This document shows, piece after piece, positions 62,707-63,438 of a stretch of 63,438 bases of DNA (within the stretch, counting starts at the first letter, position 1; each line of letters starts with the position of its first letter). The stretch is taken from NCBI GenBank assembly GCA_035631715.1, contig DASQIF010000007.1, positions 1 through 63,438 of the forward strand, in the 5' to 3' direction. A program made the translations under genes and the position numbers. The DNA comes from Candidatus Acidiferrales bacterium. Its GTDB lineage: Bacteria; Chloroflexota; Limnocylindria; P2-11E. The notes below the pieces were generated by a model. It saw nothing but the letters and a program-made list of their open reading frames with translations. It did not search any database and was not told the origin of the DNA.

Positions 62707-63287
62707 TGTTCGGACCAAGGATCGACGGCGGGAACGGCACCGCGCTGCGCCCACCCGAGCGCGCCGACCTGGACCTCTTCGCCGCATGGCAGCTCGTGCC
62801 CGAGACCACGCGCTTCTGGGGACCACGCTTCAGCACGCGCAGCGTCGAGCAGCGCGACGAGCGCTTCAAGAAGGACGGCGAAGACCCGAACTCGGTGAAC
62901 TGGACCATCACCTATCAGGGTGAGCCCGTCGGCTTCACCGGCATCTTCGGCATCGACTGGATCAGCCGTGACGGCGAGACCGGGATCTTCATCGGGCGTA
63001 GCGACCTCTATGGCCGAGGCATCGCGAGCGAGGCAGTGCGCCTGCGCATGGCGTTCCTCTGGAACGAGCTCGGACTGCATCGCGCGCACAACTGGATCGC
63101 TCTCCCCAACCGCGGCTCATGGCGCGCGAACCAGAAATCGGGCTACGCGCAGATCGGGACATATCCGCGCTCGTGGCACCGCTCGGGTGAGTGGGTGGAC
63201 GAATGGCTCGGGGAGGCGTTCCCGCGAACGTATCCAGCCGACAAGCTGCCATCTCCGTGGCAAAAGGAGCGATCGACCAAGGAATAA
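62706..63287 (+). CDS. GNAT-family N-acetyltransferase (RimJ/RimL-like), paralogous arrangement
   Basis: ORF 62601.. trimmed to the ATG at 62706 (TGATG overlap). It contains YGRGIASEAVRLRMAFLWNELGLHR... and PNRGSWRANQKSGY. Confidence 0.75.
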   Translation: MFGPRIDGGNGTALRPPERADLDLFAAWQLVPETTRFWGPRFSTRSVEQRDERFKKDGEDPNSVNWTITYQGEPVGFTGIFGIDWISRDGETGIFIGRSDLYGRGIASEAVRLRMAFLWNELGLHRAHNWIALPNRGSWRANQKSGYAQIGTYPRSWHRSGEWVDEWLGEAFPRTYPADKLPSPWQKERSTKE

Positions 63288-63370
63288 CCAGCCCCGCCAA
63301 CTGTTATCCTTGATGAGCCCGAAAGGGCGGCGACTAGAGCGATCTCCGCGGGTGTCGAGTGAGGCCTTTC

Positions 63371-63420
63371 TCCTCCCGGTCCCTGGCGAATGCTCAAAGC
63401 GTCACTAAACAAAGGGAGGA
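63371..63420 (+). promoter_or_regulatory. possible SD-sequestering leader element
   Basis: TCCTCCC (63371-63377) is the exact complement of the GGGAGGA Shine-Dalgarno (63414-63420) that precedes the GTG at 63429. A GCCC-GAAA-GGGC hairpin lies upstream at 63317-63328. Confidence 0.25.
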
Positions 63421-63428
63421 AGCCTTAA

Positions 63429-63438
63429 GTGAGCTTCA
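63429..63438 (+). CDS. start of an unidentified gene (runs off the right edge)
   Basis: GTG lies 8 nt after AAAGGGAGGAAG. Only 3 codons are visible. Confidence 0.3.

Noticed and set aside
63309-63335. Hammerhead-ribozyme-like string cTTGATGAG-CCC-GAAA-GGG-C
   Set aside because: It superficially resembles the CUGAUGAG-stem II-CGAAA core. However, the first core C is a U here. The stem II closure is followed by GGCGAC rather than GAAAC. No plausible stems I/III or cleavage-site triplet flank it. It is most likely just a GNRA hairpin.

Overview
This is a very GC-rich bacterial chromosomal segment. Third codon positions are almost all G/C; my by-eye estimate is about 70% GC, not computed. I call about 75 tightly packed protein-coding genes on both strands. 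Many are joined by 1-4 nt start/stop overlaps (ATGA, GTGA, TGATG). By eye I found no rRNA, tRNA, CRISPR array, transposase or integrase. Many of the longest ORFs in the six-frame track are Arg/Ala/Pro-rich artefacts of the GC content, so I trimmed or discarded them.

Recognisable content, left to right:
- corA, a CheY-like receiver, and a lipoprotein ending in a Hint domain
- an S9 peptidase with a degenerate Rieske partner, DUF72, and a WecA-like transferase
- a TetR-headed cluster: KASIII-like enzyme, acyl-CoA ligase, LivJHMGF-type ABC importer, FabG, hydrolase
- upp, glyA, rpiB, tsaC, prmC, yjbQ
- a long co-directional run: tldD, pmbA, two unknowns, uppP, SDR, NAPRT-like, TauE, MBL hydrolase, and an AMP-ligase/carrier/PlsC fusion
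- asparaginase and FGE-like genes, fadD, ubiE/menG, membrane proteins, and an ABC-2 exporter
- a compact 6TM channel with a non-canonical filter, a second S9 peptidase, and a membrane-anchored Mo-oxidoreductase
- a MurNAc/anhMurNAc recycling cluster: GH3, serine hydrolase, anmK, GlcNAc kinase, murQ, YdjC, GHL10
- XRE, SIS, NERD and PIG-L genes, an OmpR/HK two-component pair, and two GNATs

Nothing here is a textbook defence island or mobile element. The candidates most worth follow-up are:
- the Hint-terminated lipoprotein
- the tldD-pmbA-toroid-unknown module
- the ligase-ACP-acyltransferase fusion with its MBL partner
- the unannotated Cys-rich 55-codon ORF
- the channel with a TAGHTE filter and its unknown partner

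All functional calls rest on motif recognition by eye. No database search was run.
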